From IMG/VR virus record IMGVR_UViG_3300012990_000003, positions 1 through 50,864 of that record: DNA of 50,864 bases; one strand, written 5' to 3'. The notes beneath the pieces are model-generated. The model ran no database searches. It saw nothing but the letters and a program-made list of their open reading frames with translations, and was not told where the DNA came from. Source of the DNA: a virus (taxonomy: Duplodnaviria > Caudoviricetes). How positions within the stretch are numbered: position 1 is the first letter of the stretch; every line of letters begins with the position of its first letter. This document shows, one piece after another, positions 1 to 8,392 of the stretch. Both the position numbers and the translations under genes were made by a program.

Positions 1-1
1 A

Positions 2-799
2 AGCCCCCTGCGCTGCCGTGGCGTAGTCCGTCGCCGCTGTCGTCGCCGCTGTTCCTAAGCCCAGGGTTGTTCTTTGCGCAGAGGCATCAGCATCATCTAG
101 AAGCGCTTTACCTGCAGTCGTAATATCCCCTCCAAGCTCGGTAGTAGAAACTGCCCCTGCGTCAATGTTCCAGGTAGCCCCTGAAGCTGACACTGTAATA
201 TCCCCTTTATCCCCATCGGACGGCTCTGCTGTAATTGTGATATTAGCGGTCCCGTTAAAGGATACGCCGTTTATATCCCTAGCTGTCTGTAAGGCGGTAG
301 CCGTAGCGGCATTTCCTGTCGTTGATCCAGAAGTTCCGGATACGTTTCCAGTCACATCTCCTGTTACGTTGCCAGTGACGTTCCCTGTCAAAGCCCCGAT
401 AAAAGTAGAGGCTGTGAGAGCGTTTGTAGTCCCGTTGTAAGTGATGCCGGCGTCAGTAGCCGGAGATAGGCTGCCCGTTTGCGCAGTTCCTAACAGAACC
501 CAAGTAGTAGCATCCTCTGCCGCATCTACTACAGTTACCGTGCCGGCGTTACCCGTTACACTCGTCTGATCCCCAGTGTTAGTCCCAGAGGTGTTTCCGA
601 GGATCGTACGTTCTGCAGTAGTTAAGAAGAGGTTTGTAGCCCCCTCAGTGATATCATCAGAATCATCGGTAAGAATTACAAAACTGGAATCAATGCCATT
701 TGTCATTAAGCTTCTTACTTCGGCAGCGGTGTTGTTTCCGCCATCAGTTAAGGTAGAAGTTACGCCGGAAGTAAAATCTACGCGGGTCTGTTGTGTCAT
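2..799 (-). CDS. Tail fibre-like virion protein, N-terminal part (runs off the left edge; absent from the ORF track)
   Basis: Open frame from ATG at 799: MTQQTRVDFTSGVTSTLTDGGNNTAAEVRSLM...; Thr/Gly/Ala-rich, with fibre-type repeats TGNVTGNVTGDVTGNVSG and GNAATATALQTARDINGVSFNGTANIT. Confidence 0.75.
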   Translation of the reverse strand, partial: MTQQTRVDFTSGVTSTLTDGGNNTAAEVRSLMTNGIDSSFVILTDDSDDITEGATNLFLTTAERTILGNTSGTNTGDQTSVTGNAGTVTVVDAAEDATTWVLLGTAQTGSLSPATDAGITYNGTTNALTASTFIGALTGNVTGNVTGDVTGNVSGTSGSTTGNAATATALQTARDINGVSFNGTANITITAEPSDGDKGDITVSASGATWNIDAGAVSTTELGGDITTAGKALLDDADASAQRTTLGLGTAATTAATDYATAAQGA

Positions 800-832
800 A
801 ATATATTATTTCCCTTTTACCTTGCGAAGCAT

Positions 833-1135
833 CTATGGAGAAGGAAGGTATATCGATACATAATCGATAATTTCCCCGTCTCCGGCATCTTCTGCGAATT
901 CAAATTCATCTACGATCATTGTCGGGGTAGGTACTGGCCGCTCTAATCCTATCGCATCAGAGATCTTCTTCGGCGGATGATTCTGCGGATGATCAACCCG
1001 ATTATATGCCCCATCGTCGCACTCCTGGCATACGCGGAGCATGGTGCCGCGCTCAGTCTTCATGCTGAGGTATTTAAATTGAAAGCCGCATCTCTGACAC
1101 AGGGATAGGGCGTGCTTCCCAATTGCGAAAACCAT
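833..1135 (-). CDS. Small Cys-motif protein of the head-tail module
   Basis: CQRC...CQEC motif; directly follows the adaptor gene in the same operon. Confidence 0.7.
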   Translation of the reverse strand: MVFAIGKHALSLCQRCGFQFKYLSMKTERGTMLRVCQECDDGAYNRVDHPQNHPPKKISDAIGLERPVPTPTMIVDEFEFAEDAGDGEIIDYVSIYLPSP

Positions 1136-1137
1136 GT

Positions 1138-1812
1138 TTACCTACTCCTATAATTGTACGGAGTCACTTTAACCGAAACGCGCTCTCTATCTTCTAGAGT
1201 AGCATTATCTAATAGGCCGATATACGTATCTAGCAACTCTCTGCGTTTTGCAGGATCGAATCCCTCTCTATCGAAGGATATGAAATAAGCTAGACCGAAC
1301 ACAAGAGCAGGGAAATATCTGACAGACATGTCGGGGGTATCTGAGTATGCCCCAGCATCTTCTATCCTCGTAGAGCACCAGTAGTTAATTACGTCGGTGC
1401 TATTATCTGGCGTAAGATACAAAGTTAAGACGGGGGCAGTTCTCTGCCGGTCTAACATGTACTGAGTAGGCATCCCCTCTGACGATTTATTAGAGATCTT
1501 ATGAAACTCCGATATACTAAGTCTAGTAACTGGGGTGTCGTTATCGTCTCTAGTAAGCACCATAGACAGGACATCGTTAACATCTGTCGGCAGGGTATAC
1601 TCGGAAGTTCCTTCTACTAAGGTCAAGGTTTTATTCTTGATCTCGGCAAGGGGAATTCCGCGGTTAGCTACATCAATAAGTAAGAGGTTGAGGGCCGTTC
1701 GGGCACGGCGCAAGTCAATACCGCTGGTGATCTCGCCACCAACTTTATCGAGAGCTCTTGAAATAAGCTCTTCAACGTCTAGAGAAAAAGTAGTAGTCCC
1801 ACTTGTGCTCAT
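1138..1812 (-). CDS. Putative head-tail adaptor / tail tubular protein
   Basis: MSTSGTTTFSLD...LTLVEGTSEYTLP...GMPTQY...LYLTPD pattern typical of phage adaptor proteins; position after the capsid module. Confidence 0.65.
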   Translation of the reverse strand: MSTSGTTTFSLDVEELISRALDKVGGEITSGIDLRRARTALNLLLIDVANRGIPLAEIKNKTLTLVEGTSEYTLPTDVNDVLSMVLTRDDNDTPVTRLSISEFHKISNKSSEGMPTQYMLDRQRTAPVLTLYLTPDNSTDVINYWCSTRIEDAGAYSDTPDMSVRYFPALVFGLAYFISFDREGFDPAKRRELLDTYIGLLDNATLEDRERVSVKVTPYNYRSR

Positions 1813-1813
1813 A

Positions 1814-2641
1814 TTATGCTGAAACTGCTCCCATCAGAGCTGAGACCCACGTATCTGCTGCGGTGAAAAAGAAGTCTGCTCTTGCTGCAGCAGACAGCGG
1901 AACTCCAGTGGCTCCTGCTACAGTATCAACCGTTTCCGAAGCGGAAGCATATACTTTAATGGCGTTAGCTCCGGCGTTAAACAGAGAGATTCGCATACCA
2001 ACGACCCCAACAGGAAGAATAACGCCCGTACCAGCCGCAGCAGTAGTGACATTGTTTATCTCTTTAGCGAGTTGCAGTGCATCTGCGCGAGTAGTTCCTG
2101 CTGCAGTCAGAGCATTTCCTACAGAACGAACTACGTAGGTTCCCGCGGTAACAGCCCCGGTAGCAGACAAAGTAGTGAACGCACCTGAAGCAGGAGTTAC
2201 AGAACCGATAGCTCCGCCGTCCCACGTAAGAGTTGATCCTGCGGGCTGAGTAAACGCACAAAGAGGGGTATCAGCAGCGGTCAAAGTAGCGAAAGCTACG
2301 TAAGCCGCACCGTTGACATCATATGCACCGAGAGTAAATTTATCTGTAGTAGTCGTAGTAGTCTGCATGCCAGCGTCATCATTTACCGTCAGCATCCCCA
2401 CGCCGCTTACGGCCATAGTCGTATCTGCTACTACGATAGAAGTTGCTTGAACCAACTGGCCTGTAGTTGAATCAAATCGGACAAGAGTATTGTCTGTAGC
2501 GGAGGCAGGGCCTCCGACAAGAGAATCTTTCGTATCAGTAAATACTGAACGCACGTCACTTTCACTGATATCACCCGAAGTGTTATCCGCGAGCAAGGTA
2601 GAGATTTGAGTTGCTAATTCAGCTTTGGTTCTTTGTGTCAT
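1814..2641 (-). CDS. Virion structural/fibre-like protein
   Basis: Thr/Ala/Gly-rich; GPASATDNTLVRFDSTTG and IGSVTPASGAFTTL fibre-type motifs; MTQRT N-terminus shared with neighbours. Confidence 0.65.
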   Translation of the reverse strand: MTQRTKAELATQISTLLADNTSGDISESDVRSVFTDTKDSLVGGPASATDNTLVRFDSTTGQLVQATSIVVADTTMAVSGVGMLTVNDDAGMQTTTTTTDKFTLGAYDVNGAAYVAFATLTAADTPLCAFTQPAGSTLTWDGGAIGSVTPASGAFTTLSATGAVTAGTYVVRSVGNALTAAGTTRADALQLAKEINNVTTAAAGTGVILPVGVVGMRISLFNAGANAIKVYASASETVDTVAGATGVPLSAAARADFFFTAADTWVSALMGAVSA

Positions 2642-2682
2642 AGTAGTAGGTTCCTTTTATATTAGGTTTATAATTAAAGTTG

Positions 2683-3513
2683 TTAAGGTGTGTAATCCCG
2701 CGCATGCCGGGCTTCAAGCGCAGCAAAGATCTTTGCTGCTTTAGTGTTGTCGAAATATTCGTTAAACATGGCTACTTCATACACCCGCCCTCCGTTTGCA
2801 ATCCGGTTGGCTGATCCGTTTGTTCTGGACCCGATAATTGCAGGGTTTGTTGCATTGTCTACAGTGGTGTTGTAGGTATGTGAGAATTCTTCTGCGGTTG
2901 TCGTATTTACCCAAATCCGCGTCTGGTTAGTAGAATGGGAGTGTGATACGATAACCAAATATGGGGTTTCTGCTGTTACAATCTGTACTGCTGCAACATT
3001 TGAAAGAGCTGTATCACCGCGCTGCGAATGGGTAATTCTCTCAGAATTGTTATGATCGATCAGAATCCCTTCCGCTGTTCCGGTGAGCCTTGTATCAAAA
3101 AGCCCGTCATTCGCGCCATCTTCCGGTGGGGGATACCAAGCCATAACAAAAGCCCAATCAGAGCCGCCTGTGGTTTTGTGTAAGGCGTTCAAGAAAGCGG
3201 TATTTGTGCCGGATTTGAGTTTGAAATAATCACCGCCATCGAAAAGCCAGTAAGCGGCGGCATCTCCAGCCGATCCGGTGAATGTCGGGTATGTGGTCGA
3301 GGTCGAGCCATCCCCTGTGAAGAAGTCATAAGCAGTTTGCGCCGATCCATCAGCCGGAGCCGTGACAAGGTTCGCCCATGTCGTTCCGGTTCCGGGGTAA
3401 GATGCTGATTGGGTTGCATCCAGATCAAAGACCGCAGAAGCGAGGACATCGGCTAGGGAGCCGTCACCACTTGTTTGATAAGATGCATTTATACCGTGAC
3501 TAGCTAAGAACAT
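2683..3513 (-). CDS. Putative lectin/LamG-like virion protein
   Basis: LDATQSASYPGTGTTWANL start, FDGGDYF and GRVYEVAMFN motifs characteristic of concanavalin A/LamG-like domains. Confidence 0.6.
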   Translation of the reverse strand: MFLASHGINASYQTSGDGSLADVLASAVFDLDATQSASYPGTGTTWANLVTAPADGSAQTAYDFFTGDGSTSTTYPTFTGSAGDAAAYWLFDGGDYFKLKSGTNTAFLNALHKTTGGSDWAFVMAWYPPPEDGANDGLFDTRLTGTAEGILIDHNNSERITHSQRGDTALSNVAAVQIVTAETPYLVIVSHSHSTNQTRIWVNTTTAEEFSHTYNTTVDNATNPAIIGSRTNGSANRIANGGRVYEVAMFNEYFDNTKAAKIFAALEARHARDYTP

Positions 3514-3514
3514 A

Positions 3515-3955
3515 TTATGCCGCCTCTAAATCGCCAGCAAGTTCCCAGGTATCGGTATCTACTTTTACCAAAGACGCACTTGAATGCTGCGCACGAAGTA
3601 GAAGCGTTTGGGAAGTAGTAATAGTTACCCCGCCAGTTGCTACTACCGTAACTTGCCCCGCCCCTACCTGACGAATAAGGATCTGTGTCCCTACCGGAAA
3701 CGCGACAGAGGAATTCAGCGGAACGGTTAGGTTGCAGGCTGTACCCTTATTCATACGCACGTATTTTGTAGCATCACCAAGTACTAATGTATACGAATCT
3801 GTTTGCGTGTTAATCTCAACCGCACGGAAGGATAGAGAATCCCCCATATCTAGTAGTATACCCCTAACATCACTACCCGAAATCTCATTATTACCATTAG
3901 TGGTAATAGTATCCGTAATCAGAGTATCTAGCGCTGTTTCAGTTCTTTGTGTCAT
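3515..3955 (-). CDS. Virion fibre-associated protein
   Basis: NTQTDSYTLVLGDA...AFPVGTQILIRQVGAGQVT...WELAGDL module common in phage fibre genes; MTQRT N-terminus. Confidence 0.65.
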   Translation of the reverse strand: MTQRTETALDTLITDTITTNGNNEISGSDVRGILLDMGDSLSFRAVEINTQTDSYTLVLGDATKYVRMNKGTACNLTVPLNSSVAFPVGTQILIRQVGAGQVTVVATGGVTITTSQTLLLRAQHSSASLVKVDTDTWELAGDLEAA

Positions 3956-3965
3956 TATTTACTAC

Positions 3966-4097
3966 CTAATTACCAAAGTCGCTATTGAAATCACTGTTAA
4001 AGTCACTGATTCCAGATCCGAGAAGATTTCTAACGCCCATTACTGGACGCATAACCGATCTAATTACTGGACGTATTACTAGACGGATAACACCCAT
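3966..4097 (-). CDS. 43-aa micro-protein with VIRP and DFNS repeats (below ORF-track cutoff)
   Basis: MGVIRLVIRPVIRSVMRPVMGVRNLLGSGISDFNSDFNSDFGN; fills the gap between two co-oriented genes. Confidence 0.65.
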   Translation of the reverse strand: MGVIRLVIRPVIRSVMRPVMGVRNLLGSGISDFNSDFNSDFGN

Positions 4098-4102
4098 TTT
4101 AT

Positions 4103-4432
4103 TTAGATAAGCCCTTCCATAAGCGCTGCTCCTGCCGTTCCGGCTTTAACCGCACGGATGTAGGTCCAGTTACCTTCTAGAATGTCTTGCTCTGATTGAG
4201 TATATATCTTAATAGTCGAGATTTCTTTAGCAGCGAGATTGTCCAGAAACGTCTGATCACCACCCTTAACATCCTTTACGATACCCTGCAGCGTAATAGT
4301 ATCTCCATCGACTACAGAAGCCCGAATAGCTCTAGTAGCGCCTTCTTCATATCGCGTATCTAATTGGATCCATTCTCCTGTACCCGCGTCCGCGCTGTCG
4401 TAGAGAACTTTATGTCGTCTAATGCTTGTCAT
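4103..4432 (-). CDS. Hypothetical virion-module protein
   Basis: Co-oriented ORF; extended -10 TGGTATAAT upstream at about 4466-4474 on the minus strand. Confidence 0.7.
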   Translation of the reverse strand: MTSIRRHKVLYDSADAGTGEWIQLDTRYEEGATRAIRASVVDGDTITLQGIVKDVKGGDQTFLDNLAAKEISTIKIYTQSEQDILEGNWTYIRAVKAGTAGAALMEGLI

Positions 4433-4486
4433 GGAATTTGTCCCGTCTCGTAAAAATTACATTTTATTATACCACATAACACGTGG

Positions 4487-4529
4487 AAAAGTAAGGGGCG
4501 CACCCTTTTTACGAGATACGCCCCATTAC
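4487..4529 (-). terminator. Probable terminator after the major capsid gene
   Basis: GTAAGGGGCG...CGCCCCATTAC imperfect stem followed on the minus strand by a short U tract. Confidence 0.45.
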
Positions 4530-4552
4530 ATGGCTAACCTCTGGTGAAGGTA

Positions 4553-5488
4553 TTAGCCGTTACCAGCCGAGCCGTAACCAGCGCGATAGTCAGTGACGTT
4601 GAAGGAATAACGTTCACGGGCTTTAATGCGGAGGTTGCCGGTGGTGAAGTCGCCGTCATCTTGCACGGAGAGCGGCATACGAACGAACATTTTAAAGCCG
4701 TTCGGAACGTCCGTTTTAATCATCCAGGCATCTGGATCAGTAAAGCGGTGGTTCAGGTGCACCCCACCAGGGAAGTACCCACCAGCGCGCAGGGCATTAA
4801 CGTCATTAACGTTTGTAACACCTGTAGTGGAGTTGGTTACTGTGGTGGTAGACAGATCCGATTTCAGGATCTTGAAGGCAGTGAACTGCAGTTCTTTAGG
4901 AATGTGCAGCGATTTAGGCATAGCATTGACCAGGATATTACGGTCATCTACGAACGCGCCGATAGCAATCAGAGCATTTTCCAGGGCCGTCTCGGACAAG
5001 TCCGTAGTAGCCGCGTTGCTCAGAGTACCACCACCAACCAGCGGGTGAGCCGTATCGAACAGAGGCTCGCCGTCGCCCATAGGGGCAATAGTACCGTTAA
5101 AGCCGTTGTTGAAGATGTCGGCAGCAATCTGCTGTTTCGTAGAGGCCATCGAACGACCCAGTGCTTCCGCACGGATACGAGCGAAGGTGTCGTACAGGTT
5201 ATCTTCCATAGCTTCTTCTGTAACAGCGAAAGCCAGGGAGATTGTGTTGTGGATGTACCGTTGGGTCCAAGCTTCTTGAGCATCGTCGAAAGCAACTCCA
5301 GTACCTTCCGATTTGATCGGGGCTTCACCCAGACCGCTCATCAGTACTTCTTCCTCGAAGCTTCGTTCTGACTTATACTCGTCAAAGAGAGCTTTGTGTT
5401 CATTATCAATGGACTTATAATTAAGACCAATGATTTCATGCAAGCCCGGGATGAGCTGCTTTGTGATCTGTGCGCGTGAAATAGTCAT
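4553..5488 (-). CDS. Major capsid protein (Mu gpT-like)
   Basis: MTISRAQITKQLIPGL start; SERSFEEE, APIKSEG, TDPDAW and KARERYSF motifs; 311 aa downstream of the scaffold. Confidence 0.9.
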   Translation of the reverse strand: MTISRAQITKQLIPGLHEIIGLNYKSIDNEHKALFDEYKSERSFEEEVLMSGLGEAPIKSEGTGVAFDDAQEAWTQRYIHNTISLAFAVTEEAMEDNLYDTFARIRAEALGRSMASTKQQIAADIFNNGFNGTIAPMGDGEPLFDTAHPLVGGGTLSNAATTDLSETALENALIAIGAFVDDRNILVNAMPKSLHIPKELQFTAFKILKSDLSTTTVTNSTTGVTNVNDVNALRAGGYFPGGVHLNHRFTDPDAWMIKTDVPNGFKMFVRMPLSVQDDGDFTTGNLRIKARERYSFNVTDYRAGYGSAGNG

Positions 5489-5520
5489 TTACTTAGTCTC
5501 CTGTTATATAGTTCTATTCA

Positions 5521-6096
5521 TTATACGATTTTAGGCGTGACCAAGGTAACTTCGAGAATGGTCGGGTTATCTCCAGGTTCAGTACCAGCAATATTCGGGA
5601 AGCTACGAACTTGTACCAGAACGCCCTCAGCCGGATCAGCTTGAGCATCGGCATCGATAACCGCCGCAGAACGCTTCGTCAGAGAGCTAGGAGTGCCATA
5701 AACGACTGGGTGAGTTGCACCGGCAGTCGTAGCAGCCATAGCCGCATCCGATTTGCAGAGGAACGTCAGATCATCAGCCAGGTATACATACGCGATAACG
5801 TCTGCTTGACCTTCCAGAATACCGCCTGAAGTCGTGCTTGCAGGGTAGTAACCAGACTCAACAGGCTGTTTAGTTACTGGATCGATATATTTGCAGCCAG
5901 CGAAAACGCCAGTTACACCAGCCGTAGTATTAGAGGCCTTAATGACATATCCGCCGTCAACCAGCACTGGATCGCCTTCGCCCAGAGCAGTAGCATAGCC
6001 GTTATCAATGTAGAACTGTGCGCGACCACCCGTGAACGGTTCGCCACCTTTAGTGCGGTAAGGGGTAAGCCCTGCTTTTACTGTATTATGCGCCAT
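5521..6096 (-). CDS. Capsid decoration / minor capsid protein
   Basis: GDPV...GVFAGCKYID pattern; immediately upstream of the capsid gene; GGAG RBS. Confidence 0.6.
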   Translation of the reverse strand: MAHNTVKAGLTPYRTKGGEPFTGGRAQFYIDNGYATALGEGDPVLVDGGYVIKASNTTAGVTGVFAGCKYIDPVTKQPVESGYYPASTTSGGILEGQADVIAYVYLADDLTFLCKSDAAMAATTAGATHPVVYGTPSSLTKRSAAVIDADAQADPAEGVLVQVRSFPNIAGTEPGDNPTILEVTLVTPKIV

Positions 6097-6145
6097 AGTT
6101 TTCTAGTCTCCGTTGTTGTATATTGTAAAATGTAACTGTCCGTTA

Positions 6146-6661
6146 TTACCCGCTAAAGTGGGCATTTTTACCAGTACGAGCCACAGTTTTGTTGCCCCCA
6201 CTAATAGCATTCTGTCTCAAGCGCTCTGAAATAGCTTCAGATTGTGAGCGCGTCCTACCCTCGTAATAGGCTTTCCGAGCTTCTGACTTCTCAACGCGAA
6301 CTTTCATGAGGACCAGATCCCCGTTCGTGATGATGCCTGAACCACCGAATTGCTCTACGTCACCGAGAGAGATCAATTCTTCCGCTTCGATTTCATCGGG
6401 GGTTACAAACGTATACCCTTCTGCAGCAGATTGACGTTTACGGATGCTTTTAGTATCCAGAGCGCCGTCACCCATGCGAAACCGAATCCACTTAAGAAGC
6501 AACCCTGCCTCTGCGAAACGCTGTTTCAACGTATCTGTAAACTCAAGCTGAGACGGGGGCATATAGAACTCTTCTTCTCTACGCTGATCCATAAGATCGA
6601 ATTTGTCTTCTGGGCCGTCGAACTTGTCTTTACCGAATTTATCTTGGTTCTTATTCTTCAT
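6146..6661 (-). CDS. Conserved head-module protein
   Basis: KWIR...EGYTFV...GDLVLMK...RKAYY motifs; GGAAG RBS. Confidence 0.75.
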   Translation of the reverse strand: MKNKNQDKFGKDKFDGPEDKFDLMDQRREEEFYMPPSQLEFTDTLKQRFAEAGLLLKWIRFRMGDGALDTKSIRKRQSAAEGYTFVTPDEIEAEELISLGDVEQFGGSGIITNGDLVLMKVRVEKSEARKAYYEGRTRSQSEAISERLRQNAISGGNKTVARTGKNAHFSG

Positions 6662-6707
6662 GATTTTCTAAACTTCCTATAATTGTTATGTGTACGCGTA
6701 TTCATTA

Positions 6708-7682
6708 TTAAACAATAACTGTCCAGTCGCCCTTACTTTCTTCCCTAGCTTGTTTGCGAAGCGCATACCGCTTAGGGTCCATATTCAGCTTATCAGCAAT
6801 TGATCGCTCTTCTGGGGAAAGGTTCACACGGGTCCGACGAGACGCGGGAGTTCTCGATGAAGTCGATACTGGTGATTTAGTGCGACCTTTAGCGTCAGTC
6901 GAAGACGAATCAGTATCTTTATTCTTATATTTTACACCATCACCCCCCTCTGAGGCAAATAGCTTTTCTAGGCGAGAGTCGATTTCCGAATAGAAATCTG
7001 ATTCAGCCTCGTTGTAACCTTCTTCGAGAAGCTCTTTAGATAGACGGCGAATAGCGCGCACTTTCTTCCGATCTTCATCTGTCTTAGGCCTAATGGCCCA
7101 GGAGTTGTCTTCCAACCAGTAGCGCATCTCTTCCGGGAGAGTCGCCTCGGTCTGTTTACCTTCTGACTCATCCTTAGCTTTAGCCGCGGGAGGAGCTACT
7201 TTGCTAGCTTGCGCAGCAACTACGCGCTGGTCCAGCCGCAGATTGTCCAGCTTCTCTTCCAAGTCCATTATCGCGTCCAGATCGTCGTCCTCGCGTGCGC
7301 GACGCAGGGAAGCCTTAACGGAAGTAATCTGGTTAGCGATAGATGCTTTATGCGTCTCTGCGAACTCTTTCTGCTTGTTAAAGCTCTGCTCTTCGAGAGC
7401 GGCTGCCTTAGCCTTCCACTCGGCTAGTTCCCGTGCGGTTTCTTTTTCTTTAGCGACGAGCTGTTGGATGCGGTCTTGAGCGCGAGATTTCCGCTGAGTT
7501 GGCTTCTCGTCTTCGTCCTCGTCGTCTGCGTCATCTTCTACGATAACCAGATCATCTTCGTCTTCATCTGCTTGAGCTTTAGCCGTCGCTTTTTTATCTT
7601 CGGAGTAGTCATCCAGGCCGTCCAGATCGATCTCAATCCAGCCGCCGTTATCTTCTCCACCGTCATTTGCGTTCATAGTCAT
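6708..7682 (-). CDS. Capsid scaffolding protein
   Basis: Acidic N-terminus, coiled coil (QDRIQQL), C-terminal VNLSPEERSIADKLNM motif; lies between portal and capsid genes. Confidence 0.75.
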   Translation of the reverse strand: MTMNANDGGEDNGGWIEIDLDGLDDYSEDKKATAKAQADEDEDDLVIVEDDADDEDEDEKPTQRKSRAQDRIQQLVAKEKETARELAEWKAKAAALEEQSFNKQKEFAETHKASIANQITSVKASLRRAREDDDLDAIMDLEEKLDNLRLDQRVVAAQASKVAPPAAKAKDESEGKQTEATLPEEMRYWLEDNSWAIRPKTDEDRKKVRAIRRLSKELLEEGYNEAESDFYSEIDSRLEKLFASEGGDGVKYKNKDTDSSSTDAKGRTKSPVSTSSRTPASRRTRVNLSPEERSIADKLNMDPKRYALRKQAREESKGDWTVIV

Positions 7683-7737
7683 TTTTCATAGTTCCTTTTC
7701 AGTTTTAATCCGTAGAGGCAATCCCTACGCGCTACTA

Positions 7738-8175
7738 TTAGGCTTCGATACTTACCGTAGAATCCAGGTCTTCTGGGTTTTCCAGAACCATCTGAATTGC
7801 CACATCTTTCAGCAGGACAAGGTTGACACCGCGATAACGAATGCGTTTCCCTACGAAGCGTTCCCACTGAACGATATCTCCAATATTCAGGCCGCCATCG
7901 ACCCACTGGATAATTTCGTCGTTCTTTGTCTTGTACGCACGCGGGCCGAAAGCCAGGATACGTCCAACATTGTTCAGGTATTTAATGTCGTCTTGAGTGT
8001 CTGTAGGGAGCAGAATGCTGCCTACCTTCTCTACTTTAGTAGATACTGGACGAACCAGGATCCAATCTCCGCATACGCGAGGCAGGACGTCCGGGTCCGG
8101 AATGTCGCTGCTCGAAATAGTTTCGCTTACGCGGGAAGCGTCCATAATCCCTAACGCGCCTGTATCAAATGCCAT
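7738..8175 (-). CDS. groES: GroES-like co-chaperonin
   Basis: GDWILVRP...GSILLP...GRILAFGPRAY...GDIV...LLKDVAI matches the Cpn10 motif order. Confidence 0.8.
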   Translation of the reverse strand: MAFDTGALGIMDASRVSETISSSDIPDPDVLPRVCGDWILVRPVSTKVEKVGSILLPTDTQDDIKYLNNVGRILAFGPRAYKTKNDEIIQWVDGGLNIGDIVQWERFVGKRIRYRGVNLVLLKDVAIQMVLENPEDLDSTVSIEA

Positions 8176-8374
8176 GTCTATTTTCCTTCGAAATTGTTTC
8201 TAAAACGTTCTCAATTATGGAAAGAGCTAGATCGAGACCCTTAATAACTCCGCACGACATTTTATATTCTGAGAAGTTATCTAACCCCCCATGAGCAATT
8301 GCCTGAGCCTGTGCTTGTGCTGCCTGTTTAATTGCTTGTTCGGTGCGTGTGAAGAAGTCTGATCCAAGTTCCAT
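8165..8374 (-). CDS. Small conserved protein between portal and GroES
   Basis: GG...EYK..CGVIKGL pattern; overlaps the groES start. Confidence 0.7.
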   Translation of the reverse strand: MELGSDFFTRTEQAIKQAAQAQAQAIAHGGLDNFSEYKMSCGVIKGLDLALSIIENVLETISKENRHGI

Positions 8375-8392
8375 AGTAAGTAGTATACCAGC

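Noticed and set aside
4544-5371. 275-aa plus-strand ORF and many other long antisense ORFs (e.g. 25789-26448, 27022-27636, 49905-50381)
   Set aside because: They are shadows of well-supported genes on the opposite strand and have no RBS or recognisable motifs
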